From: Macrostomum lignano
Taxonomy: Eukaryota
Direction: 5' to 3'
Length of the DNA: 64,000 nucleotides
Assembly: GCA_002269645.1 (NCBI GenBank)
Contig: NIVC01000385.1
Span: 575,493-639,492, forward strand
In this document: positions 49,393-61,238 of the stretch, piece by piece
Layout: every line of letters begins with the position of its first letter
Position numbering within the stretch: position 1 is the stretch's first letter
Program-made: the position numbers and the translations under genes
The notes under the pieces: generated by a model
The model's database searches: none
What the model saw: only the letters and a program-made list of their open reading frames with translations
Told to the model about the DNA's origin: nothing

Positions 49393-50039
49393 TAAGGGAG
49401 GCAACTACACCGAACCAGGTTGAGCAAGCCAAGAAAGTAATTAACTAGATAACAATAATACTAGATGATTTTTTTTAAAAACTATGAAAAAATTAACAGA
49501 ATTTGATAATGAAAAAAGCTTTGGAAAAGGGCCGCAGAAAAGACTCTATATTGCAGATTTGTATTCATAAAAAATCAAAAAGAGAACTCAAAAAAAACTA
49601 TTTTTTGCAACGAATACAAGTAACAGATCGAGCAAGTATAATAATACAATTCGTATGATATAAAAACAAAAGGAAGAATTCATGCTTAGGTAATTAAGCA
49701 AATAAATCAATCAAAATCTGAGCTGATTATTTTAGTTTTGTCACCTGCACTTTTCTTGAGCGTCGATTTGACGATTGTAAAAAAAGCACCTAATAGGTAG
49801 TAATTTATATATAGCTAATAAAAAACTGACTTAGCACAGTGCGCTACTAACAGTAGCAGGGAAAAAGTTTACGATAAACGAATATAAATAGATGTACATG
49901 GCGCGCGCAAAATAACACCACGCTTGTTTAATTAGTAATAGGCGAGACGACTTCGGCGGTTGACTAAATAAATAAACGAGAATACAAATGATAAGTAAAA
50001 AGAGCGCTATATATAGCATGCTTGCCATGGCTCAGCCAA

Positions 50040-50430
50040 GGACAACTAGGACAATCTGGACTGATAGCTTCTCAAAAATATTCAAAGACAACTAAGTAAG
50101 ACAATCCTGGACTGATAGCTTCTCCTCAAAGATTAAATTCAAGGACAACTAAGTAGACAATCCTGGACTGATAGCTTCTCCTCAAAGATTAAATTCAAGG
50201 ACAACTAAGTAAGACAATCCTGGACTGAAAGCTTCTCCTCCAAGATTAAATTCAAGGACAACTAAGTAAGACAATCCTGGACTGAAAGCTTCTCCTCCAA
50301 GATTAAATTCAAGGACAACTAAGTAAGACAATCCTGGACTGAAAGCTTCTCCTCAAAGATTAAATTCAAGGACAACTAAGTAGACAATCTGGACTGATAG
50401 CTTCTCAAAAATTAAATTAAAGGACGACTT
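50040..50430 (+). repeat. ~57-bp tandem repeat (GGACAACTAAGTAAGACAATCCTGGACTGATAGCTTCTCC...), about 7 copies
   Basis: Visible tandem repeat. Confidence 0.9.
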
Positions 50431-51136
50431 AAGTAGGGAGGACAGGAAACTTTATTTCTTAGAAAACTCACTACTCCAAGACTTTTAAATGGAGCACTTG
50501 TACTTTTATTAATATACAAGACGTCTAGACAAATATTTAGCAGAAATTTTCACAGGTTTCCCGACCCTGAGTATTTTTTAAGTCAGAAGGGGGCTATATC
50601 CGAAGCCCAGATCTCCAGCTCACTCTGACTCAACAGCGCCAATAGATGAAGAATATCAATAGATTATTATTACAAAACTTGAAACACGATACAAAAAAGC
50701 AGAGCAAATTGAACTAACAAAGAAACACAAGAATTGCAGAAGAAAAAGCACAACAAACTAGAAATAAACTGCAATAAAAGTTGAGAACTGAAAAATGGTA
50801 TTATAAAAGCAGAAACCGGATCGCTGGGGATGGGATGGAGCTAATCATAAAGCAAGTTATGCTGTTCTAGACCAGATTAGAATTATATTGTATTAATAAC
50901 TATAAACGCAAAACAAAAATCAATGCATATAAATATGCTTTATATACAGTCATCAAAACTTAGGTACTTTTTGGACAACCCGATAAGACGCTGAAATCAT
51001 CGAAATCAACTCAAGAATATAAAAAGAGTTTCTGAATCAAAACTAAACAAACGATTGAAACTGAAAATACACCAATAATACATCCTGACTTTTTATTCCA
51101 GCTTTATTTAGTTTAAAGGCAATCTTTCTCTTCAAG

Positions 51137-51439
51137 AGGGGTTGCAGCCTAGTGGTTAGAGTGTCTGACTCATGACCAAAGGTCGGGGGTTCGATTCCCG
51201 ATCCCACTGGAACAATTTGTGTCCCTGAGCAAGACAACTCTGCATTGCTTCAGTTCACCCAGCTGTAAAATGGGTGCCAGCATTAGCTGGGGTAACTGAG
51301 GGTGTGTGGCGACCCCCCAGTCCTTGGACTGGACAGCCGTACGCAGCCTTCAGATGCGCCGTGCAATAGCTGCGGCTGAGCTTTCGGCTGCTCATCTAGC
51401 CGAATTGGGGCAGGTGTAGTTAATTATGAATTATTATTA
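51137..51439 (+). mobile_element. tRNA-derived SINE, family 2, with a CORE-like domain
   Basis: A-box GCAGCCTAGTGGTTAGAG, B-box GGTTCGATTCC, central TGTGTCCCTGAGCAAGAC...CTGTAAAATGGG resembling the MIR CORE, and (ATT)n tail. TSD TTCTCTTCAA at 51126-51135 and 51440-51449. Confidence 0.85.
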
Positions 51440-51899
51440 TTCTCTTCAAAGATACTGGCAATTTGTCCTCTAATCTTCCCTAAGCTGTTTGTCAGTTTGT
51501 CGCGCCTCTCCCAGACCTTTGACGCGCACACATCTCGATCTACAACACCTGAGCCTCACAGGCGCAGGCACAGATACTATAAACACTAGACAGGCCACTC
51601 CAGCCAATCCTCACAACACGACAGTTTACTCTACTTTCTGCTTAGTAGTAGTAAAAACATTTTAGCGTTATTTATATTTTTTAAAATAAAAAAACAGATG
51701 AATGCAATGCAGCAATTGTATTGATTTTTTGCAAAAAGAAACTTATAATTATACTTTCCACAATTCAAAGCAACATTGTGAATGCTTTAGATTGCATAGA
51801 AGGCTATATTATTGCAGTCTACTATTGTATATTTAGCAAATACGAGCTATATCATATACTCCATAATCCATATTCGTGAAGCAAAATAGAAAGATTTCT

Positions 51900-53127
51900 C
51901 ATCTTAATCAGCTCATCTGTTTGTGAAACTCGCAGCGTGCTGTCGAAGAACAGGGTCGCCAGTCGCCCTTGTTCAGAGGCAGCATTCAGAACGGCCCAAC
52001 AGATGAAAAAAACTGGCGAATGCGCCACTTCAAGGTCCAGGGATGTATCCGATGGAGCCAATCCTCAGTGGTTTCGTAACAGGCAGCCGATAAGCAGCAG
52101 GACTTTTGTGGTGCAGCTGCAATGAGCTGCTGATGAGATGACATCCTTTGACCAGAGCACCCCTGACTGCGAGCGCCCTGCCGCCCAGTCGACCGCTGGA
52201 AGCTGCGCTAGCCACGCCTCCACAGTCCATGGATGCACGACTGCGCTGCACTTGCCTTGACCATCGAGAGTTGCCGCTGCAGCCGCTTGATTTGCCTGTC
52301 GCTTTCGGGATTGCCGCTGCAGCCGCTTGATTTGCCTGTCGCTTTCGGGATTGCCGCTGCAGCCGCTTGATTTGCCTGTCGCTTTCGGGATTGCCGCTGC
52401 AGCCGCTTGATTTGCCTGTCGCTTTCGGGATTGCCGCTGCAGCCGCTTGATTCGCCTGTCACTTTCGGGATTGCCGCTGCAGCCGCTTGATTCGCCTGTC
52501 ACTTTCGGGATCGTTGCTGCAGCCGCTTGATTCGCCTGTCACTTTCGGGATCGTTGCTGCAGCCGCTTGATCTTTGCCTCTAGCGCTTGGAACCCGCGAA
52601 TCGGCTGCAGAGGTGAGAGCTTTCAGCCGCAACAGCTGTTCTCGGCGCAGAATCTGGTAGCCGAAGGTTGCTCTGCCACAGCACTGGCAGCAGGCAAGTC
52701 GCAGGCTCGGCTGCAGATAGATTGCTAATTGGCCCCAGCACTGGAGGGTACATGTCGTCTGCCTCTTCATCGTTTATCAGTCCTTTGCACAGAGGGTAGC
52801 TGGTCTATTTGAACGAGCCGAGGCAGCATCAACTCTTGGTGTGGGATTGCGTCCCAGCGAAAACAGATGTCTTGCACATCCGTGGCACTTTGTAAGGCAG
52901 CAGTAGGCCTCGTCCATAAAGTGCAAGCTGAACACACGGAGGCCCCGTGATTTAATTGTTTATAAAGATCAATATCCACGCTCCTGTAGTAGCTGCTGCC
53001 AGCGCTTCGCCAGTGTCATCTTTTGGTAATTTATGCATTCGCAACGGATTTTTCTTTCTCGGATGTTAATAGCACTAGTACAAAGCTCGTGCAAGTGGGA
53101 GCACAGCAGTGGTTCGAATCAAAACAT
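51900..53127 (-). pseudogene. THAP-domain P-type transposase remnant (frameshifted, truncated after the first catalytic Asp)
   Basis: Across frames: NHCCAPTC, HKLPKD, AKRWQQLL, LRVFSLHF, WDAIP (THAP domain); LEAKIKRLQ coiled coil; WSKDVISSA/LQLHHKSPAAYRL and RLATLFFD, resembling the P transposase segments DISTAICLHTAGPRAY and LCVLAFDE. Confidence 0.82.
52271..52570 (+). repeat. 40-bp minisatellite inside the transposase remnant (7.5 copies)
   Basis: TTGCCGCTGCAGCCGCTTGATTTGCCTGTCGCTTTCGGGA at an exact 40-nt period. Confidence 0.95.
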
Positions 53128-53638
53128 TTCTCGAGTACAAGATTAGATAGAAAAGCTAGTATGCACTCGAACTTTCTTTAACTCTGACTCTTGTCCTGTT
53201 CATCTATATAAGCTTGTATTTAAGCACGATTCGCCACCCCCAAATTTTCTAACCCACAACCTCTCAACCCCCACCCCACCCCTAACCCAGGCTAGCTATG
53301 TGCAGTCCTTTATTTTCTATCCCACCACCAGTAGGCCTAAATTATCGATCCACTCACCCTGCCTTATACGAAACTGATATTAACCCTATTCCAGACTACC
53401 CCCCTTCCTCCACTTTGAAAGATAGCGGCATTGCACACTGTCTGTCGCGTCTTAATGTACACCATTACTGCACAAAACAAGTTAGTTGTTTATGGCGCTA
53501 GCAAAACGATGTCTTAAAAACAGTCACTCGATTTGTCTAATTTAGCAAATAATACTGTTGCTTCCTTTCATTGCTACTAAGCAGAAAGTAGAATAAAAAA
53601 CTTGCCCAGAAAATTAGCCTGAGTGGCCTATCTAGTGT

Positions 53639-54154
53639 TTATAGTATCTGTGGGCGCAGGTAGCCGCCTTCTGCCTGGCCGCCGTCTGGGAAGCCGTCAA
53701 TCAGCTGGGAGCCCAGCGGTTGCAGCTCATGGCCGGAGCCGCCAAGCGCCCCACTGCCGAACGAGGAGCCCAGGCCTCCGCCGCCGCCGCACCGGCTGGA
53801 CGAGCTGAGGCAGGACTCGCTGCCTTCGTCCGCTTCACCCACTGACGATAGCGAAGCCTGCGCCGGCTGATGCTGCAGCTCCTCGGATTCGGCAACTGCG
53901 GCGTCGGCGGAGGCCAGCAGTTCGCCGGAGTCCGGGCAGCGCAGTCGATGGGCCCGGACCTCGCCAATCAGCTGACTGCGCCGGCTAATCAAGTGCGACA
54001 CCGTGGACTCCAGCTGGGCATTGTCGGACTCCAGGCCGCGTACAGCCTCAGTGAGGCATTCGATGCGATCTTGGCGCTTCTTGCGGCACTTGGCTGCGGC
54101 CACTCGATTGCGCTCGCGGCGCTTCTCCCGGCGCTGCAACTCCTCCGGCTGGCT
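53639..54154 (-). CDS. Fos/ATF3-family bZIP gene A, last exon (complete bZIP)
   Basis: CTTCTCCGCCAG|AGC acceptor. Encodes RRERNRVAAAKCRKKRQDRIECL, a full L-x6 zipper and the HRLRC motif (Fos/ATF3 HxxxC). The stop lies inside the P-element TIR. Confidence 0.92.
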   Translation of the reverse strand, partial: SQPEELQRREKRRERNRVAAAKCRKKRQDRIECLTEAVRGLESDNAQLESTVSHLISRRSQLIGEVRAHRLRCPDSGELLASADAAVAESEELQHQPAQASLSSVGEADEGSESCLSSSSRCGGGGGLGSSFGSGALGGSGHELQPLGSQLIDGFPDGGQAEGGYLRPQIL

Positions 54155-54339
54155 CTGGCGGAGAAGGGCAGGCGGACAGGCCAATGCGCGACACAAAGCA
54201 CAAACATTTCAAACAAAATGCTAACCGTTTTTTCAGGACATTAGGTGGGTGCACACGGGGGAACCAGCGTGGTAGCGCCATCATGGAGGCGCTTAGCCTG
54301 GCAAGGAGGCGCCATCGTGGGGGCGCCAGCAACAGCAGT

Positions 54340-54505
54340 AAGTACTCTACCCTCTCCAGCCATTCATTCAGTAAGCACCCTACCCTCTCCAGCCATTCAT
54401 TCAGTAAGCACCCTACCCTCTCCAGCCATTCATTCAGCAAACACCCTACCCTCTCCAGCCATTCATTCAGCAAGCACCCTACCCTCTCCAGCTACTTTTT
54501 CAGCA
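54340..54505 (+). repeat. 33-bp repeat, about 5 copies, intron of gene A
   Basis: Period 33 (54371 to 54404). Confidence 0.9.
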
Positions 54506-54680
54506 AGCACCCTATCCTCAAAAGATCATTAATTCAGTAAGCGCAGCTACCCTTTCTAATAATTAATTCAGCAAGCGATGCTCTCCAATGCTTTATGACG
54601 CTGCCCCAACCCAACCAATTAGGGATCAGGCTATCCTAAGCAACTACAAAGTAAAATTAAAGCAATATAACCTAACCAAC

Positions 54681-55274
54681 CTTAGCCGTTTTACTCCAAA
54701 ATTTCCGACCTCCGCCAGTGCCGGTGGCCGCGCCGCTTCGCTGCTTCTTCGACGACCGACTTTTTGTTAAAGCTCCGCTGGTGCCGCCATCAACAGCTGC
54801 TAGCAGATTCGAATCTCCATCATCGCCAGTGTCATCAATCTCGTCTTCATCGTTATCGTCTTGATCAACGTCTTCGTTGAAATGGGCGCCTAAAGGCTCT
54901 GACTGGACGGTAGGCGGCGGCGGAGGCTGCTGCTGATGGTGCTGCAGCAGGGGCTCGGTGAGCGGCAGCTGTAGCTGTTGCACATAGTGCTCTTGCGGAT
55001 GCTGGAAATGATGCTGATGATGCTGATGATGCAAATGATGAGGCATATCAGCATAGCCTTGGCCGCCTAACAATGGGCCATTGGAAAGTACAATTGGCTT
55101 CAGTATGAGCCCCGGCTCAAGCGACTGCTGGTGCGGCTGGTGATGATGCGGCTGCTGCACCGGATGCTGCTGGTAGCAGCTAGCCGCCGATAAGTAGGCT
55201 CCGCCGCTGCTGCCGCCGCTGGCGTCGATGCAAAAATTTGCCGAATTGTATCCCGCATTAATATTGGTTGTCAT
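54681..55274 (-). CDS. Fos/ATF3-family bZIP gene A, N-terminal exon (His/Gln/acidic-rich); the exon may extend to an acceptor at 55370
   Basis: ATG at 55274, open frame to a phase-0 AAG|GTTGGT donor. TTTCAG|GTC acceptor at 55371 is in the same frame. Confidence 0.75.
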
Positions 55275-55385
55275 GACAACGATTCCGCCGCTGCCGACGC
55301 CGGAACTGGGAACTGCTGCGAAGCCGCTGATTTCAGTTGGGCTTCGGGCAGCAGAGTCGGAGTAGATGACCTGAAATTCGAATAG

Positions 55386-55703
55386 TTGTAGCCTAGTGGT
55401 CAGAGCGTCGGACTTACGACTTGAAGGTCGAGGGTTCGATTCCTGATCCCACTCGGAACAATTTGTGTCCTTGAGCAAGACACTCAACTCTGCATTGCTT
55501 CAGTCCACCTAGCTGTAAAAAGGGTGCCAGCATTAGCTGGGGTAATTGAGGGTGTGTGCCCCCCCCCTTCCCCAGTCCTTGGACTGAACAGCCATACGCA
55601 GCCTTCAGATGCACCGTGCAATAGCAGTGGCTGAGCTGTCGATTGCACAAATGGCCTGATAGGGCAGGTATAGTCAATCATTATCATTATTATTATTATC
55701 ATT
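55386..55703 (+). mobile_element. tRNA-derived SINE, family 2 (CORE-like)
   Basis: Paralogous to 51137-51439, with A/B boxes and an (ATT)n tail. Possible TSD GAATAGT. Confidence 0.85.
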
Positions 55704-56228
55704 GAATAGTACATTGATGCCCAATGGAAACTAAATTCTTGTAGGTCTGGTGTTTAGCATACATTTTTATACACTTATTTCATACTAATATGCCATTAAC
55801 TAAAATTTACAGATAGGCTTACCAATTTGGGATATTTTTAAAAAATAATTTTTTTTTATTACAGAAATATAGACCTTCCCTATCCACATTGAGTAATTTG
55901 ATGAGCATAATGCTTAATGATGTGTTTATTATCATAGAAAAGACAATATTTCTAATATATTGTAGATTATAAAATTCTAATTTAATAGACAAAGTGACCA
56001 AAGATCAGATGACATTTTATACAATTTCCATGGGCATGATTATTAGATAACACAATTATTTATTTTGCCATACATGTAGGCTATAACCATTAATATAGAT
56101 GACTAGAGATAGGGTAACATCTGTATATATATATATTTAAATACATTAGAAAAAATGATATAGAAAAAGAAAAAAGTAGCTATAAATATAGGTTAGGCCT
56201 ATCTTGTTAAAAAATGTGTTATTACTTC

Positions 56229-56444
56229 AGCAAGCCTAGGCCTAGAGTCTAATATAAAACAACATAGGTTTATTAGCTTTTGTTAGAATATATTTGTCAA
56301 AGCAAGCCTAGGCCTAGAGTCTAATATAAAACAACATAGGTTTATTAGCTTTTGTTAGAATATATTTGTCAAAGCAAGCCTAGGCCTAGAGTCTAATATA
56401 AAACAACATAGGTTTACTAGCTTTTGTTAGAATATATTTGTCAA
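56229..56444 (+). repeat. 72-bp direct repeat, 3 copies
   Basis: Period 72 (56281 to 56353). Confidence 0.9.
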
Positions 56445-57024
56445 AATATAGGAGGTTCTAAAATATAGACATCTTAGGCCTATCCCATGGACAGTTTAAT
56501 TAGACTATTTATAATAAAATACATAGGCTAAACAATCAATTTTTGAGGGACTAATAAAAAACTATTACACTTTAAATATTATATACAATAAACACCCTTG
56601 AAATACCCAAAAAAATATAAAATTAAATACTTTTTATCAGAATAAAGGGAATGACCAATAAATGCATATACCTTAGTCTAAATCTTACCTGGTAGTAACC
56701 TAGGCTATAGCTATAAGCTGTAGAGCCCTATTGCAACAAAGGGTCAAATCATGTCAGATAGTTCTTTAGGTGTCCCAAACAAAGCTAGCCTAGCTTTCTT
56801 TGGTATAGACACTTGAATCTTTACATGCTAGCATGCCAATCAGCTTTTTAGTTACGAGTATACTAGACTATTATCATCACAAAAACTCTTTGCTTGCAAT
56901 AAGGCTATAAAGATAAAATTTGATTCTTATTTTAGGATAAAACTAGCAATCCAGCCCATTTGGGGAGTGCAAAAAAGAAAATGAAAATATGGCTAAAATA
57001 CTAAAGAATAAACCCATGCTCCTA

Positions 57025-58550
57025 ATAAGCCTTGATATCTCAGAAATTCCCCCAGCTACAAGCCTTGACATCTAAGAAACTCTTCCAATAAGCCTTGATC
57101 TCAACAATTCCCTCTGTAAGCCTTGACAACCCAGCAATTCCCTTGTAAGACTGGACCTCCCAGCAATTCCCCTATAAGCCTTGACATCCCAGCCATTCCC
57201 TCCCATAAGCCTTGACATCTTAGTGATTCCCCCCATAAGCCTTAACATCTCAGCGATTCCCCCAGTAGTCTCAGCAATTCCCCAGTAACCTTTGACATCT
57301 TAGAAAGTTCCCCACTAAGCCTTGAAGTCTTAGCGATTTCCTCACTAAGCCTCGATATCCCAGAACTTCCTCCCATAAGCCTTGACATCCTAGCAATTCC
57401 CCCAGCTACAAGCCTTGACATCTTAGAAACTCTCCCAGTAAGCCTTGACATCTCAACAATTCCCCCCATAAGCCTTGACATCTTAGCAATTTCCCACTAA
57501 GCCTTGACATCTTAGCAATTCTCCCAGCTGCAAGCCATGACATCTTAGAAACTCTCCCAGTAAGAATTGACATCTTAACAATCCCCCTATAAGTCTTGAC
57601 ATCCCACATTTTCCCTGTAAGCCTTGACATCCTAGCAATTCCCCCCATAAGCCTTGATATCCTAGCAATTCCCCCTATAAGCCTTGATATCCTAGCAATT
57701 CCCCCCATAAGCCTTGACATCTCAGCAATTCTCCTAGCTGCAAGCCTTGACATTTCAGCAATTCCCCAGCTTGAGGCAATTCTCCCCATAAGTCTTGACA
57801 TTTTAGCAATTTACGCACTAAGCCTTGACAGCCAAGCAACTTCTCTTTAGCCTCAATGTCTCAGCAATTCCCCTAGCTGTAAGCCTTGAAAATGACAACT
57901 TAGCAATGCTCCCAGTGGGGGCTATAGCCCAGTGGTCTAGTGCAAGCTCTGGTGTGCCAGCAACCCAGGCTGGATTCTAAGTGTAGTCACATTAATTTGG
58001 GGCTGAATTGGAATCTTGGCTTGGCTCTGCTTGTGCAATTAATGGCCTTGAGAGCCAACCCCCCCCCCCCAAGATGCAATGAAGTGTATATGCCTAATGA
58101 TAAAATAAAGTTAGGGCCATTGTACACTCCTGTGTGAATGTGTGCCTGCGTATATATCAGCGCGCTTGTATGCCTGCTCAGGGGAGTCGGCGGAATGGGC
58201 AGTAATACCTCTTGCTGGTTGTGTGCCTATGTCGCTTAAAGTGCGCCAGGGTGCACACAACCTCCCTGCCTCTAATAAATAATAATATGCTCCTAGTAAG
58301 CTTTGACATCTCAACAATCCCATCATAAGCCTTGACATCTTAGCAACTGCCCCTGAAAGCCTTGAAAATGACATCTTAGCAATGCTTCCAGTAAGCCTTG
58401 ACATCTTAACAATCCTCCCATAAACCTTGACATCTTAACAACTGCCCCTGTAAGCCTTGACATCCCAGCCATTCTCCCCATAAGCCTTGACATCCTAGCA
58501 ATTCCCCCCATAAGCCTTGACATCTTAGCAATTCTCCCAGTAGTCTCAGC
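57025..58550 (+). repeat. degenerate ~30-bp array (TAAGCCTTGACATCTTAGCAATTCCCC) interrupted by a SINE
   Basis: Recurrent AAGCCTTGACAT motif. Confidence 0.88.
57917..58286 (+). mobile_element. tRNA-derived SINE, family 1 (CpG-decayed copy)
   Basis: Full-length alignment to the copy at 6691. Flanked by ATGCTCC(C/T)AGT. Confidence 0.88.
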
Positions 58551-58879
58551 AATTCCGTCTGTTTGCACCTAGGCTAGCTTTCATTGATATATGCTTGTAT
58601 ATGCATTGTAGCACTTACAATTTAACACTCATATCATATCAGTTAGAGTAAAACTCATGATGTAATTTATTTCTCAGTCAGTCAGTGTCAGTCACCATTA
58701 AAGTTAGCAATTCAATTGCACAATATCAATCAAGTCTTGTACTATATGCTTCCATATTGTGTATTTCAGACTGGCACAATTCAAGCCAGTGTGAATATTC
58801 AGCCAGTAAACAACAAAAAATAAAAAGCCTGATATGATGCAATCTATTTCAGAATCAGAATTCAACCAGTCAGTTTTTT

Positions 58880-59145
58880 CTCTAGCATTTTTACAATGAT
58901 TTTCAAGTCAAAATAGCTGTTTGACCTTTGCAAAAAGAATGTTTTTCGAATATTTAATCCTTTAGCATTGAGAAATCTCTTAGCCACAACCGTTTTTTCT
59001 GATTTTCTGATCAGGAAAAATTTCTGATTGAATGGTGCAAGTTTGGTGGAAATCAGTTGAGCCATTTTTCTATTTAGATATATAGATTTCTATTATCAAT
59101 TGCACAGACAGACAGACAGAGACAGTTCAGATTTAAATACATAGA
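58880..59145 (-). mobile_element. 5' part of a Helitron-like element ((CTGT)n seed)
   Basis: The minus strand reads A|TCTATGTATTTAAATCTGAACTGTCTCTGTCTGTCTG...AAAATGGCTCAACTGATTTCCACCAAACTTGCACC, the same layout as the unit at 29629. Confidence 0.55.
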
Positions 59146-61165
59146 TATATAGATATTTAAAATCAAATAAAAAAGGCCTTTTAATGTCATAATTGATCCT
59201 TTATTTTGCTAATCCTCTTTGAACTCCTATTGTGGTCATTTTTAGAAAGTAACCTACTGAAATTTGAAAAAGTGTTGGTATACTAGTGCACATAGGCTCA
59301 TATCTATTGCAAAAAGAGGGCTAGCTTTCTTTGGTATACTAGCATTTTTCTAATGCTTTAGCATTTAGTTTGGTACAAGATTTACTTAGAACTGCCTAGT
59401 ACAATTTGAACTTTTGCTAGGCCTGTAAAAAAGTAACCCATAAAATTTTTAAACATTTATAAATGTCATGTTTATAGGCCTTATTATTACTATTAGAATA
59501 AATTCTAAAAATCAATACCATAGATACATGTTAAGAATCTAGAAAAATGAATCAAGGGTCTTATAGCAACAATAACAAAATGCATTGTCAGTCAGTTAAC
59601 AGACAATGTCACAAGGCTTGTTTTAGGCTAAGGTGCAAACCTATAGTTTGGAAGATGACATATAGGCCTATTAGGATTTCCTAGTATACAATAAGGGTAC
59701 TTGCCATTTTTTTAGGATATATTAGCATATATGATATAGTAGAAACCTTTAGCAAGCACTTAGTGAAACAGTTTCAATGACACATTTTTTAGACCCAGCA
59801 TAAAAATAAGATTTTGCACTTTTTCCCTTGCTAACTAGGCATGGCTATACTAATATATCTTATAATCTAAACTATGAGTATAGTGCAAATGGTTTTTTTG
59901 GGGCCATATAGGGCCCTAAGGGTTTTTTGCCCCTTGAAAATTGTATTGGCAACAGGATTTTTGGTATCAGAGGCCAATCTGGCAACTTCATTTTCTTGTG
60001 CCAGTTGCCAATTTCAAAAAAAGATTTTGTAAATGTATAAAGTACCATATAAATCAATAGGCCCTATGCTAGAATTTTTTGCTTGTTATTGTTTGCAGCA
60101 TAGATAGCAATCTTAGAATTGAGAACAAATTTCTGCTTTTCAAATATAGCCTTGGAAATATCCATCCTCAAGAATTTGGCTAGTTGCCAATAGGCAACCA
60201 AAAATAGGCCTAGCCATTGGCAACTGGATTTTGAGCCCCAAGGGCAAGTTGGCAATTGGATTTCCAATCTTAAAAAAAAACCTAGGGTGCAAATATAAGC
60301 TACGAGTACATTGCTAACAGTGTCTAAGGCATTAGCATCATCCAATATGCAATTGACAAAACACTGAGTATATACCTACCCTTACTAATAAAGGCCTCAT
60401 ATTTACAACATTAATAGCAGCACTTTTTGTATAATGTACACTACCAACTATAGGCAATACATTAATACAACTTAGCTTAGATGAAATGGCCTATTAGATA
60501 AAGTTGCCAATGGAGAGATAATATATGGCTTGCAAGACTACAAGTGCACATTAGCATATAAGTGTTTATGGCATTATTGCACACACAAAACGTGCTTCTA
60601 TCATATTGTCATATCAACTAGCCAATAGTACAACTCAATAAAAGACAAGTATTATAATGCATGCTGACCAATTGATAAGCATCCATAATTAGTCTATGAC
60701 TATGGTAATTTGTCCAGTACAAATGGATAGGCCCCCCTAAAAAGAGTTGAGGGGCTGTTGAAAAAGCTGAGCTACAAAACTGTCTCAGTATGTCTTCATT
60801 CAATACTATGATTAATTTGTTTCAATTCCCAACTTTTTTATTCCTTGTATTACTGGCTTGACTAAATAAAAAATTGCTAACCTACTAAATGTTATACCGG
60901 GTACAATGTTTGACCTATCGTCATTTTTTCATTGTATGAAGCTGGCTTTTGCTTGGAATAGATAGGCCTATCACAAATCAAAACTGTCCAGCAATAAGTT
61001 TTTATAGGCCTATTTGTATTTTTTTATTCTTTACTTGAAAGTATTCTAAATAATAAACCTATGGAACCTGATTGCAGCGCATGGGCATTTTGGCGGACGG
61101 CGTCCGGCGCGGATCTAATACGGCGCGGCGCGGCGCGTACGGCGCGCGGCGATTAGTACGGCGCG

Positions 61166-61238
61166 GCGCGCGGTACTAATTAGATGCCGAGGCATTTAGG
61201 CTTGATAAGACAGTCATAGTTACTCCTGCCGTTTACCC
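61166..61238 (-). pseudogene. 28S (LSU) rRNA-derived fragment
   Basis: Reverse complement of GGGTAAACGGCaGGAGTAACTATGACTgTCTTA...AAATGCCTCGgCATCTAATTAGT, the conserved LSU segment around the R2 target site. Only about 73 bp. Confidence 0.8.

Larger units (their letters stand above)
51569..53652 (-). mobile_element. P-element/THAP9-superfamily DNA transposon (non-autonomous, 2084 bp)
   Basis: 32-bp TIRs CACAGATACTATAAACACTAGA(C/T)AGGCCACTC (31/32 identical). 19-bp subterminal inverted repeat at 51630-51648 and 53574-53592. Exact 8-bp TSD GGCGCAGG at 51561-51568 and 53653-53660. Confidence 0.9.

Noticed and set aside
51137-51210. tRNA genes at the SINE heads (also 6110-6182, 6691, 55386, 57917)
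   Set aside because: A/B boxes are present, but each continues into a shared SINE body with tail and TSD, and no convincing cloverleaf was seen.
51563-51655. Inverted duplicate of the 3' end of gene A (a possible fourth paralog on the + strand)
   Set aside because: Fully explained as the left TIR and subterminal repeat of the P-type element with an 8-bp TSD.
61166-61238. Functional 28S rRNA gene
   Set aside because: Only about 73 bp match, mismatches fall in invariant positions, and there is no flanking rDNA.
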